This document shows positions 10,593 to 20,500 of a stretch of 64,000 bases of DNA, piece after piece. Numbering within the stretch: position 1 is the stretch's first letter; each line of letters starts with the position of its first letter. Under the pieces are notes generated by a model. The model was not told where the DNA came from, ran no database searches, and worked only from the letters and a program-made list of their open reading frames with translations. The DNA is from a virus, in the IMG/VR virus record IMGVR_UViG_3300039106_000653, positions 5,388 through 69,387 of that record. One strand, 5' to 3'. The translations under genes and the position numbers were made by a program.

Positions 10593-10647
10593 TTAAGGTA
10601 TGTCCATTATGGACACAGCTATAGCAAGTTATATACAGGATGTTTGT

Positions 10648-10676
10648 TTGACAATAATATAAATTTAATGTACGCT
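10648..10676 (+). promoter_or_regulatory. Sigma70 promoter of c4/antirepressor operon 1
   Basis: TTGACA-17 bp-TACGCT. Confidence 0.65.
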
Positions 10677-10790
10677 TATGATTGAGTCTTAGAAAGCTCA
10701 AAGGCGGACACCAAACCCGTAAGCATACTTGGTATTTTTGTCCCTACCGTTTTCACCCTTAGCGATTTCAAATCGGAATGGGTAAAAGTT

Positions 10791-10861
10791 GCGTTAGGAG
10801 TGATTGAGAATATATTGAATATCAATCGCAGCGCCTTTGGCTGTTTCTAAGCTCCTACCGC
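10791..10861 (+). ncRNA. c4-like antisense RNA 1
   Basis: Outer stem GCGTTAGGAG/CTCCTACCGC. b' CGCCTTTG and a' TTTCTAAG complement a1/b1 (CTTAGAAA 10688, CAAAGGCG 10699) and a2/b2 (TTAGAAA 10880, CAAAGG 10890). Confidence 0.75.
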
Positions 10862-10902
10862 TTCAATTATGAGGCTTTTTTAGAAAATACAAAGGGGACA
10901 TT

Positions 10903-11831
10903 ATGTCTAATCAATTAATTCCAGCGTCTTACAATGATGCGATCACAATAAGTTTCACATCAACCGCTTGGTTTAATGCTACCACTGTAGCTAAAAACTT
11001 TGGTAAACGCCCAATAGAATGGCTTAGACTTGATAGCACTATCGAGTATATTAATAATTTAATTGAAATTCAAAAGTGTGATAATCCCACCTTTGATAAA
11101 AATCAATTAGTTGTAATTAAAAAGGGAAATCCAGAAAACGGCGGTGGTTCCTGGCTTCATCCTAAATTAGCAATAAGATTTGCTCAATGGCTTGATGCTA
11201 AATTTGCCGTGTGGTGCGATATGCAGATAGAAAAGATACTGCATCCAGTGTTGATACTCGAACCACCAACAATCACCAAAGCACAGCAAGGCGACATCTA
11301 TAACAAGGTGAAACTTATTGCTGGCAACAATCACAAGCCATTCCCGCACTCTGGTCACGCTTCCACCATCAATTCAATATCAACAGCTACAAAGAACTAC
11401 CTGCATCAAAATACGAAGCAGCTATAGACTACATTGACTTTCTCAACCAGCAATACAATGACGGTGTGGAAATGCTGTTTATCAGCTCAGTTGAATTAGA
11501 GAAGTTGATTAAAGAGCGCATAGCATTATTACCATCACCAGAACTAACCAGAGAGTCGGTATTAGCGATGATTGATGAAAAACTGAAGTTGATACCTGAA
11601 CCCTTGCCAGAGATTGAAATACCCACTAAAACCTATAACCAGGATGCAAGACAGTGTATCGACATGTTACGCAAGACTAAACTCACTTACCAACAACAAG
11701 AATTAGTCGAGCACCTAGAGCGTTGCTTGATAAGTGCATGGACTCATTTTGATGAAATGGTGCCAAGATTGCGTATGTGTGCCGACCTTGCTATGCGTTG
11801 GCGCGGCACACCTTATAGTATTGCGGCTTAA
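10903..11831 (+). pseudogene. KilA-N/ORF6C-type antirepressor-like gene split by a -1 frameshift near 11335 (ORFs 10903..11427 and 11466..11831)
   Basis: KilA-N motifs FNAT..AK.FGK and GSWLHPKLAIRFAQWL; after TITKAQQG the domain continues in frame 3 as AIPALWSRFHHQFNINSYKELPASKYEAAIDYID into the second ORF. Confidence 0.8.
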
Positions 11832-11837
11832 GTAGAA

Positions 11838-11876
11838 AATACATCGGCTCTTCCTAAAATGGGTCGATGTATTATT
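11838..11876 (+). terminator. Hairpin terminator after the antirepressor
   Basis: AATACATCGGCTC...GGGTCGATGTATT inverted repeat. Confidence 0.55.
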
Positions 11877-12347
11877 ACATTCAATAATATCTCACGCTTT
11901 ATACACAATACAGGTTTCGCTATGGCAAAATTAACCGAAGAACAAAAACAAGCTAACAAAGAAAAAGACAAAATTCTTAGAGCAGAGTTTAATAAACGGC
12001 GCAAGGAATATGAAGCAGCAAAGAAAAAAGCTCTTAATGAAATAGAGTTATCTAGTCTGAAAAAAGAATTGGAGGCAGCCTACAGCAAAGAGTCAATAGC
12101 CAGGGAAGCTATGATTCATGAAGAACTTATTTATAAAGATGAAATATACGAAATACAGGAAAAAATTAAACAATTAAGAGATAAGCACCATATAGATTCT
12201 ATAGCCGAAGAACGAAAATCGGCTAGCATTAGATTATGTGCGGCAAGTAATGAAGCCATGAGAAAAGTTGCAGAACAATATTCTGATATTGCAGAAGATT
12301 GCTATTGTTTTATACGATGGAAGCATAAAAGAAATTTATCCAATTAA
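11859..12347 (+). CDS. Coiled-coil hypothetical protein (probable start 11922)
   Basis: K/E-rich helical ORF. Confidence 0.5.
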   Translation: MGRCIITFNNISRFIHNTGFAMAKLTEEQKQANKEKDKILRAEFNKRRKEYEAAKKKALNEIELSSLKKELEAAYSKESIAREAMIHEELIYKDEIYEIQEKIKQLRDKHHIDSIAEERKSASIRLCAASNEAMRKVAEQYSDIAEDCYCFIRWKHKRNLSN

Positions 12348-12401
12348 TGAACCGTAAAGTAAACTCACAAGGATGTGATTATTAACTTGAGGAAATGAAT
12401 C

Positions 12402-12689
12402 GTGATCGAAGAAGTAATAGTAAATGAATCTATCGGCCCCATTTTGACTGATTTTGATGGTGCATTATCTAGCAAAATTCTAAAATGCTTTGATGGTGAT
12501 TATCGCTGTAAGTTCCTGGGTATTCATGATTGTCATTATTTTTATTGCTCAGCTCAGACTTCTATAGAAAATTCTAGCAGTGGCGATTATGCTTATCCTT
12601 GGCCCAATGCTGGAAAGCAGTTAAGAGATTCATCCCCAAATAAAGGTTGCCCATACGGGAACATTAATAAAGATAATGAAGTAATATAA
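12402..12689 (+). CDS. Hypothetical Cys-containing protein
   Basis: ORF with GAGG upstream. Confidence 0.4.
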   Translation: MIEEVIVNESIGPILTDFDGALSSKILKCFDGDYRCKFLGIHDCHYFYCSAQTSIENSSSGDYAYPWPNAGKQLRDSSPNKGCPYGNINKDNEVI

Positions 12690-12724
12690 GCCAAAATTAA
12701 AAACATATTATTAACAAACTGCCA

Positions 12725-13276
12725 ATGAATACATTATCTGAATCAGCATTACAATATGCAACCCTGTGCCACGAAGGGCAGCTACGCAAATACACCAATG
12801 AACCATATATAAATCATTCAATAAGAGTTGTTGAAATGGTGTCTAAGCATACTACGAATGAGCATGTTATTGCGGCAGCTTATTTGCATGATGTTGTTGA
12901 AGATTGTGGCGTTACTATAAGAAAAATAAACGGCATGTTCGGCTATAGGGTTGGCGCTATGGTTCAAGATGTTACTAAAGTAAGTAGCCATTTGAATGGT
13001 GATAGAGACTTTAGATTACAATTAGAAATAGATCACCTTAAAAATGCCCTTGTAGAATCAAAAATAATTAAAATTGCAGATATTATTGATAATACTAAAG
13101 ACATTTGCGAACATGATATTGAGTTTGCAAAAGTTTATTTGCCTGAAAAGTATGCAATACTACATGAAGCACTTTATGAAGATGTTATTTATTCATTATG
13201 GAATTATGCTGAATACCAAATAGCTTACGCATTAAAAAGACACAATATTGACTATAAATCAAAGGTAAAAACATGA
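12725..13276 (+). CDS. HD-domain protein, RelA/SpoT-hydrolase (Mesh1/SAH)-like
   Basis: H.GQ.RK...EPYINH, AAYLHDVVED, KIADIIDN motifs; no synthetase domain. Confidence 0.88.
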   Translation: MNTLSESALQYATLCHEGQLRKYTNEPYINHSIRVVEMVSKHTTNEHVIAAAYLHDVVEDCGVTIRKINGMFGYRVGAMVQDVTKVSSHLNGDRDFRLQLEIDHLKNALVESKIIKIADIIDNTKDICEHDIEFAKVYLPEKYAILHEALYEDVIYSLWNYAEYQIAYALKRHNIDYKSKVKT

Positions 13277-13575
13277 AACACAAAGAACCAGAAGAAGGCT
13301 CATACTGGCTGCACAAGAAATCAGGTAACTACTATCAAGTTATTGTCGTAGCTAATACCAGTGAACTCAACAAAAAACCAGAAGAATATCCACCATCCAT
13401 TACTTACAAAAGATTGATTGATGGCAGTATATGGGAGCGCAGACTTTCACGGTGGTATGAATCCTACGAGCCTGCAAATACCTCTTGCGAAGAATTTAAA
13501 AATCAAATAGGTAATATCATTTATGAGCACTTAAATAAATGGAAGGTTTATTATGGCGACATCGTTAAGCACTAA
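13273..13575 (+). CDS. DUF1653-like protein
   Basis: YWLHKKSGNYYQV...YKRL.DGSIWER pattern. Confidence 0.65.
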   Translation: MKHKEPEEGSYWLHKKSGNYYQVIVVANTSELNKKPEEYPPSITYKRLIDGSIWERRLSRWYESYEPANTSCEEFKNQIGNIIYEHLNKWKVYYGDIVKH

Positions 13576-13588
13576 TAGAAGGTAAAAC

Positions 13589-14249
13589 ATGAGTGAAGCA
13601 TCAATAAACACAAGGCTTAATAATGTTTTATCAGATATTGAGAAAACTAAGTCAAATATAAAGATTGTTAAAAGAAATATAGATATTTTAACAATATTAA
13701 ACAAGAATGATGACTTGGTTAAGTACACTCTGTTTTTGATTAAGTTAAGAAAAAAACTTCACTTATTGAAAAGAACAAAAATAAAACTCAAGAATCTACA
13801 AAAAGGATTCTGGTCTAAGCATCCATATAAAATACGCAAACTTTTAGCCGAGAGAGATTATTGGAAGCAGGAGGCTATGAAATATAAGTTTATTATTGAA
13901 AAACAAGGGAATAATAATGAGTGAAGAATACAAAGAGCAATTATCGTATATAGCGAATAGCATTAATAATCTTGCCGATGATGTGTCTAAAAAAAGACAA
14001 GAGCAATTAGAATATATCAGCAACAGTCTTAGTGCGATTGCTAGTCAGATTGCTAATGAGAGATTGGCTAAGCTTAAGCTGTTGGATAATGCTAAGTTAA
14101 TCTCAGGTCTTGGCTACATAATGCAAAAAGGCGATGAATTGCATATTACTTTAGAAAATGAAGGGTACAGGATGTGCTGTAAGGATATTAAAGCATTATT
14201 AGATGAATTAGCGAGTAACTGTAATACTAACTTAAAAGACGATCAATAA
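13589..14249 (+). other. Two hypothetical genes (13589..13924 basic; 13896..14249 with an internal repeat)
   Basis: Coupled ORFs; EQLSYIANS/EQLEYISNS duplication in the second. Confidence 0.45.
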
Positions 14250-14288
14250 GTATGGTGCTATAATCAAGTTTTCACAGTAAGGAATTTA

Positions 14289-14960
14289 ATGAAGAAGCAC
14301 TCATCTGTAGTTGAATTACCCTATGTTCCAGCACCACTAAAACCGCTAAACACCAATCAAGAACGCTATATCAAATCAATCAAGACCAATACTATTACTT
14401 TTGGTATTGGTTCAGCAGGTACAGGTAAAAGCTATATCGCTGCGTCAATGGCGGCTGATATGCTTAAGTCGCGTAAAATAGATAAAATCATTGTGACACG
14501 ACCAGCGGTAGAGGCTGGTGAAAAGCTTGGGTTTTTGCCTGGATTCAAAGAAGAAAAATTTGAGGTATATCTTGACCCAGTTAAATCTATATTCGAGGAA
14601 AGACTAGGAAAAAGCCAAGCAGAGTACCTAATTAAGCGCAATATTATCGAGGGTAAGCCAATGGCTTATCTACGAGGACAGACCTTTAAAAACGCCTTTG
14701 TGTTGCTTGATGAAGCGCAGAATGTTAGTCCAGGTCAAATGTATTTATTCTTGACGCGTATAGGTGAGAACTGCAAAGTTGTAGTAGATGGTGATGTATT
14801 GCAAAAAGATATACCTGGACGATCTGGATTACAGGATGCGATAGATAAGCTTGATAATAAATTGAATGATTGTAAGTTCATCTACTTCACTATTGATGAT
14901 GTAGTTAGATCAGGAATTGTGCGTGGAATCATGGAGCTATATGCTGAACATAATAATTAA
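14289..14960 (+). CDS. phoH: PhoH family ATPase
   Basis: GSAGTGKS Walker A, RPAVEAGEKLGFLPG, YLRGQTF, DEAQN, TRIGE; extended -10 TGCTATAAT at about 14256. Confidence 0.96.
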   Translation: MKKHSSVVELPYVPAPLKPLNTNQERYIKSIKTNTITFGIGSAGTGKSYIAASMAADMLKSRKIDKIIVTRPAVEAGEKLGFLPGFKEEKFEVYLDPVKSIFEERLGKSQAEYLIKRNIIEGKPMAYLRGQTFKNAFVLLDEAQNVSPGQMYLFLTRIGENCKVVVDGDVLQKDIPGRSGLQDAIDKLDNKLNDCKFIYFTIDDVVRSGIVRGIMELYAEHNN

Positions 14961-15189
14961 CATACTGGCCTTACTGATACCGCACTTCAGGACTGACGAC
15001 TACGCACTTGTCATTAATGATGACGAGGATTTCGAGATATTGTGTTTAGCTGAAGAACTGGAAGAAGGCGAGGATTTTGACGCGTTACAGCAAATGAGTA
15101 TGCTGGTGTGGCTTAACTGTTGTTTATATGGAAGTACGGTTGGGCCGCTAAGGATAAAATTAGAGTCAGTGATGGAAAGGCTAGACTAA
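14917..15189 (+). CDS. Hypothetical acidic protein (probable start 14941)
   Basis: GGAG SD before ATG 14941. Confidence 0.45.
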   Translation: MCVESWSYMLNIIINILALLIPHFRTDDYALVINDDEDFEILCLAEELEEGEDFDALQQMSMLVWLNCCLYGSTVGPLRIKLESVMERLD

Positions 15190-15205
15190 CCACCACTGTC
15201 TAGGA

Positions 15206-15895
15206 CTAATAACCCACTAATATCTTCTTAAATGGACTAATAGTCATTGTCCATGTAACTGTATCAGGTGGGCTATCTTTATGCTTTGGAAGTACCTTAT
15301 AACCCAGTCTAACGCGTAGACACCGATCAGACTTACCCCAACGCATAATGATATTGATCCCACAACGCAAATATAGCCAGCTACCACTAGCCCAGACAAT
15401 ATTGAAGCCACTCTTTATACTCCCATCTTCATTGTATCTGTTATCGACATCATAAGTACCTGCATAGTTCACTGACTTAATGCGCTTGAAATTAGCGTTA
15501 TACAGCCATGTAGAGCAGAGATTATGCACTGGATTGCGCCATGCTAACCAAATGTATTGGTTCCAGAATGAGCGTGCTTTAGTGAAGTCTGGGCAATCTA
15601 AATCATGATGCGCCCAGTTACCTTCTTTATCACCAAGACTGCCATCATCCTTGTTGCTCCATAGGTACGCCCAGGATGGTAACTGACGCAATGCCCAGCC
15701 ATTATCACGCCTTTCTGTATCGCTGTCTTTTGCAAAAGGTAAGGCTATTGGGACAATAAAAACCCCTAACAGCCATAGTAACCTTTCAGGAATCCATAGT
15801 ATCAGCGTATGAATGATGCAGTAGATTGTTAATGGTATTGCTTTAAGTGTATTTACCATTCTCGCCAAGTGTAGGTAGAAGTTGCCGTGGCACAC
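15206..15895 (-). CDS. Conserved phage membrane-anchored protein
   Basis: Hydrophobic N-terminus; LPSWAYLW..DD...GD and WLAWRNP motifs. Confidence 0.65.
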   Translation of the reverse strand: MCHGNFYLHLARMVNTLKAIPLTIYCIIHTLILWIPERLLWLLGVFIVPIALPFAKDSDTERRDNGWALRQLPSWAYLWSNKDDGSLGDKEGNWAHHDLDCPDFTKARSFWNQYIWLAWRNPVHNLCSTWLYNANFKRIKSVNYAGTYDVDNRYNEDGSIKSGFNIVWASGSWLYLRCGINIIMRWGKSDRCLRVRLGYKVLPKHKDSPPDTVTWTMTISPFKKILVGY

Positions 15896-16134
15896 CAGAC
15901 ACTAACTGCAAATATAGGGCTAACTCCTGCTGGTGTTGTGTAACTGCTATTCGCTGGTACAAGAATACTGACATTATCATTTGCAGCAGTACCGTTGATT
16001 TCATTTATTTTCATAGCATTTGCTGATGTATTAAAGAACTGAAAGCCGTTTCTTAATTGTGATGCAGGAGCTACTTGCTGTGCTGTGCCGCCTACAGCTA
16101 TTGTAGACCCTGAGCCTACTGGTGGATTACGCAT
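15853..16134 (-). CDS. Small beta-rich virion-like protein
   Basis: AQQVAPA..LRNGFQFFNTS pattern; A/T/G/S-rich. Confidence 0.55.
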   Translation of the reverse strand: MRNPPVGSGSTIAVGGTAQQVAPASQLRNGFQFFNTSANAMKINEINGTAANDNVSILVPANSSYTTPAGVSPIFAVSVWCATATSTYTWREW

Positions 16135-16297
16135 TGAATATAAACCTAATAATTAATTAATCGTTGTTTAATTATACCACTTTTAACGCAAATAATAAAA
16201 AACTATTGCACTAAAACGATTTATGTGTATATGTAAAATACTCCTAAAAAACTAATGCTAAAATAACACCTCACTAATTTAACCACACGGATTCACT

Positions 16298-16615
16298 ATG
16301 GATTTAAAAGACGCAATTATTAACAAAGTAGCTGAGTATCAAAAAGATATGCACAGCAATATTGTTAAAAACAAAGTAGGCAAAGATATTCTTGAAGAAG
16401 GATTCTTGATTGCATCAGGAGTTAAGACGATTACTACTGAGCAAATGAAGCAAATATCTAAAAGCAATCCTAAATTACGCATAGCGATTGATAATGCTGC
16501 GGCACATATTCAACTAGCTAATGCCGAGGAATTTGCACAAAAAGATGATCTGCAAAATGCGTTTGATTATTTATGCGTTGGATGTGTTTTATTTGGTCAA
16601 GCCATTTATAAGTAG
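16298..16615 (+). CDS. Hypothetical protein
   Basis: ORF after an AT-rich divergent intergenic region. Confidence 0.5.
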   Translation: MDLKDAIINKVAEYQKDMHSNIVKNKVGKDILEEGFLIASGVKTITTEQMKQISKSNPKLRIAIDNAAAHIQLANAEEFAQKDDLQNAFDYLCVGCVLFGQAIYK

Positions 16616-16624
16616 GTAAATCTA

Positions 16625-17071
16625 ATGAACTTTGAAGAATTTTACGCATCAATAGAATCTGATATTAAGGCTGTAATTAAAGCTAAATTTGAAGCAGAAA
16701 ACAAACCTGAAACATGGAATCCTAAAGGTGGTGAATGGACTATTGATATAACAGGCGAGGTTTTTACTGGTGCTACTGATCGAGAGAGTAGAGATTTTGG
16801 CACTGAGCGAGCAACTAGAGAGTTAGCACAAGCTGCAAGTGAAAAAATGCGAGTGTTTAATAGACTCATGGCTTATGTGGACGAGGTTTCAGGCGGTTGG
16901 GAGTTCACTGTTGGTTGCGATAATGCTTATATATCTTATGATATAGAAGATAATGAATATTTAGTTAGTTACGAAAAATCAGAGTTTAAAGGTCTGGGCA
17001 CAGTCTACATGCATATAGATACAGCTCATATGTTATGTAAGAAGTTAAATTCAGGCGAGGTGGTGTTATGA
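16625..17071 (+). CDS. Conserved phage hypothetical protein
   Basis: W.PKGGEW...FGTER.TRE.A pattern; SD. Confidence 0.55.
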   Translation: MNFEEFYASIESDIKAVIKAKFEAENKPETWNPKGGEWTIDITGEVFTGATDRESRDFGTERATRELAQAASEKMRVFNRLMAYVDEVSGGWEFTVGCDNAYISYDIEDNEYLVSYEKSEFKGLGTVYMHIDTAHMLCKKLNSGEVVL

Positions 17072-17496
17072 GTAGTGTTATTGAAGAACTAAAGGAAAGT
17101 ATTGTCAGACATAGAGCTGCACATCCTAATTATCTTCGTGGCGCACTTCTAGCTCAAAAAGAATCTATAAAGAACTGGTTACTAACTACCTACACTAATA
17201 GACAAGCGATAGGCGAATGGAACGACCATTACTACTCTATTTCAAGCTTTAATGCAGGAATTGCAGCAAATAAATTTAAGTGTTCAGTGTAGCACTCAAG
17301 AAAGATACTAGATAGTCTGTCAAGTCTTAGTATTTTAAATAGAACAAAGACGCATTCATCCATGGGTAACAAGGCGTCACCAGTGACATATCGCTTTGAT
17401 AGAAAGATATGTGATGCTCTAGCTGAGGAAGTTACGAAGGAACTGCTTGCTGCTGGATTTGTTATGGATGAAAAGCAACCCCTAGACTCAAAATAA
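17068..17496 (+). pseudogene. Putative winged-helix protein with an in-frame TAG at 17290-17292
   Basis: The frame stays open 67 codons past the TAG (HSRKILDSLSSLSIL...VTYRF...) and fills the gap to the convergent gene. Confidence 0.6.
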
Positions 17497-17520
17497 CATT
17501 AGCATAGGGGTCGATACTAT

Positions 17521-20500
17521 CTAGGCCGCTATCTTGGTGTATTGCCTTATCAGGTATTCCATGCTCTTATCTCTTAACCTATCAGCCTCAAGCTTAAGTA
17601 ACTTAGCCTTACCTGATTTACCATCTTTCTCAGCTTTAGTCGCTGCCGCCATCTTGCCATTAGCTTGATTGATACGGTGATTTATCTCGTCACCCAATTC
17701 GGCTAATTGTGCTTCCTCTGGCGTTAATTTAGAGCCAACTGATGCTTCTGCTGATAGATCATTCACTCTAGCAATATAGCGGTAAAACAGCTTCTCCTTA
17801 AGCGCATCATCATCTTGTGCTAAAACCCATCTATCAACAAAAGGCGATACCGTTTGTTTGCCTCTAGCTTCACGACTAGGGTTTTCAATGAACTGCTTAA
17901 TCAGTGTATTGAATACCACTGGGAACGGCATGTAGGTTCTAGCTATCTCTCTGACTTCTTCAGGATATACATCAAAGCCTAATTTAGCCATTTCTTGCGC
18001 AAACATTTTGTATTCTTCTGGCGTAGTCTTTCTGCCTTGCAATGCCTTAGCTTTGTTATCTTTAGCAAACTTAGCATTGGTCAGTGAGTTTCCAAATGCG
18101 TTAACATCCATACCGACATTTGCTATGCCTTTGAATGGTTGCGGCGTGATAGATTGCATAAACCAGATTGCAGGATGATCTGAAATAGCGGTATCTGATG
18201 GTGCTACTGGTGATGCTATTTTGATTGCACCATAAACCATTTCTGTTAATGTCTCGCCTGCCGACTGATTGCCTTGAGTGAACTTAGCCAAGTTAACCGC
18301 AGTAGACCATGCTAGTTGTGGTAAGCCGAAGCCTACTGGGATTTTAGCGTAAACACCATTGCCTACTGGAATCGGTATATTGCGATACAAGTTAAAGTTT
18401 CCCAGTTCATCCATGTTATTTACACCAAGTTCATCATCGTCATCACCTGAGCGTAATAGTGAATACAGCATATAACCTGCAATGATGTAGGAGTACAGCC
18501 TGTATTGACCACGCTTAGTTTGAAGCGATTGAGCTAATTGGTGTGCTGATGTCGCTGCTGGCTGGGCAAACATCCATAACGCTCTAATAGGTGACATAAT
18601 TCTGCCACGCTTACTAAAGTTAAATAAGTTTAGCGATGTGGTTGCTGCTGTTTTGACATCTACATTCTGCTCACGCAATGCCTTGTAAACCGCATAACCT
18701 GAGATTAAGTCAAATGATTGGTTCCAAGTATGCACGACATCCATTGAGCCTTTAGTCCATGTACCTATTTTTTCCAGCTTCTCTGATAGACCTTTACTAT
18801 CGGTGTTCAGATAATCACCCCAGGTACTCGCCCCACCTTCATTCAGAAACTCAAGGATAGATAATGTCTCAGGGTCTGAGTAATCCACTGTCAAATCCAT
18901 TTTCATACCCAAGAAATTAACACCACCTTCTAGTGGCGTACCTAGTGCTGAAATCGACATAATCTTTTTCAATAGCTTCATGGTTTGCGTTGATGCAATA
19001 GCCAGTGTACGCTTACCTGCTAGGTTCATATCGACATTATCGTAACCAGGAATAGTCCTAGCACGAATATTCTCTGAACGCTCAAAGGTATCCATTAATG
19101 CGTTTTTAATTGCAAAGAATGGCATGAACTGCGTAATAAAACGACTGTTCCAAGCATTTAAGAATGCTACTGGTTTTAACAGTGTAGGTGTTTCTTCGTG
19201 GTTGATACTTCTCAATGCATCAATAGCGGCTTTATTGTTTAGATCATAAACCCAAACACTATCGCCTTTGCGCACGATAATACCATCATCACTGGTACGC
19301 TGGCCTTGTCTTTCTGCATGGCGATTAATGCCGTATTTTTCAGCAACCTCTCTAACTGCTTCTTGTTCGGTGCTGCCAGTATCAACAAAGCCTTTCACAA
19401 GATCATCATAAACCTCTGTTAGCTTATCTTTGAAGTCTAGCCAGCCATGATACCTAGCAGACTTTTCTGCTTGCTCAAAACTAGCATCAATACCATTTTG
19501 CGCAAGGCTAGTTTGGCGTCCTTGTAATCTCTTATCGTTTTGCTGATTTAGATTGCCAGTGGTAAAGAAATCATCAGAACTATCATCATTACGCGGGTCG
19601 CCTGTCAATGGTACATAGAATCCAGACTTATCGAATTTATCTGCTGCTTCTTGTGTTATCTTGCCATTCTTGATGTCTTGTTGCAGCTTGTAAGCATTCA
19701 TTGCGTACACATGATTAGCAACTTTTTCTATCAATCCTTTATCAAGCACTCGCTCAATATTTGCCATGTGCTTTTGCGCCGTGGCGTTATTATAACCACC
19801 CGCTAAACCTATCTCATGCTTTTGTACGGTCGGGTCAATAATATCTGGGCTATTCATTGCAGCTTCAAACTGATTAACTTTTTTAGTTGCTCGATCTAAA
19901 GCATTCGCTAATCGTTCTCTTTCCCCTGCAATTTCTGATGAAGTCATCATCGGGTCTGGATTATTGTTAAAAGCATCTAACTCTTGAAATGCTTCTTGCT
20001 CCTTTTCCTTGTAGCCTTTCAGTAAGTTTTGGTTGGCGATCTGAGCGTATCTAGCAGTCATCCATTGACCTGTCATTTCTTTAGTGGCTCGGTAATCTTT
20101 CCAACCTGCTTTATTCATTACGGCACGAATTGATTTGCCAATGTCATCACCGAACTTCAGCATAATTTCTTTTTCAAACGCTTTCTTGCGCTCCACTGCA
20201 CGATCTTTAGCCATAACCAACTGCGCCGCTTTAATAGCATCAGGTAGCTTGCGCGTCCATACATCGAATGGTCTAGTTGCATCGGCAAATAATTCAACTA
20301 GCTTATCCGCAGTATCATTCCATGTATCGCGTCTTTCTGGCATACGACCAGATTGCAAGATTTGATTAAACTCGTCTAAAGATCGTGGTGTCTCGGTATT
20401 ATCGCCTAGTACAGTTCTTTTTGCCCTATCAGCAATGTTAGATGCAATACTAAATCTGATTTCGTTGTTGTCACCAGCATTAGCAGGAGCACTGTGCATT

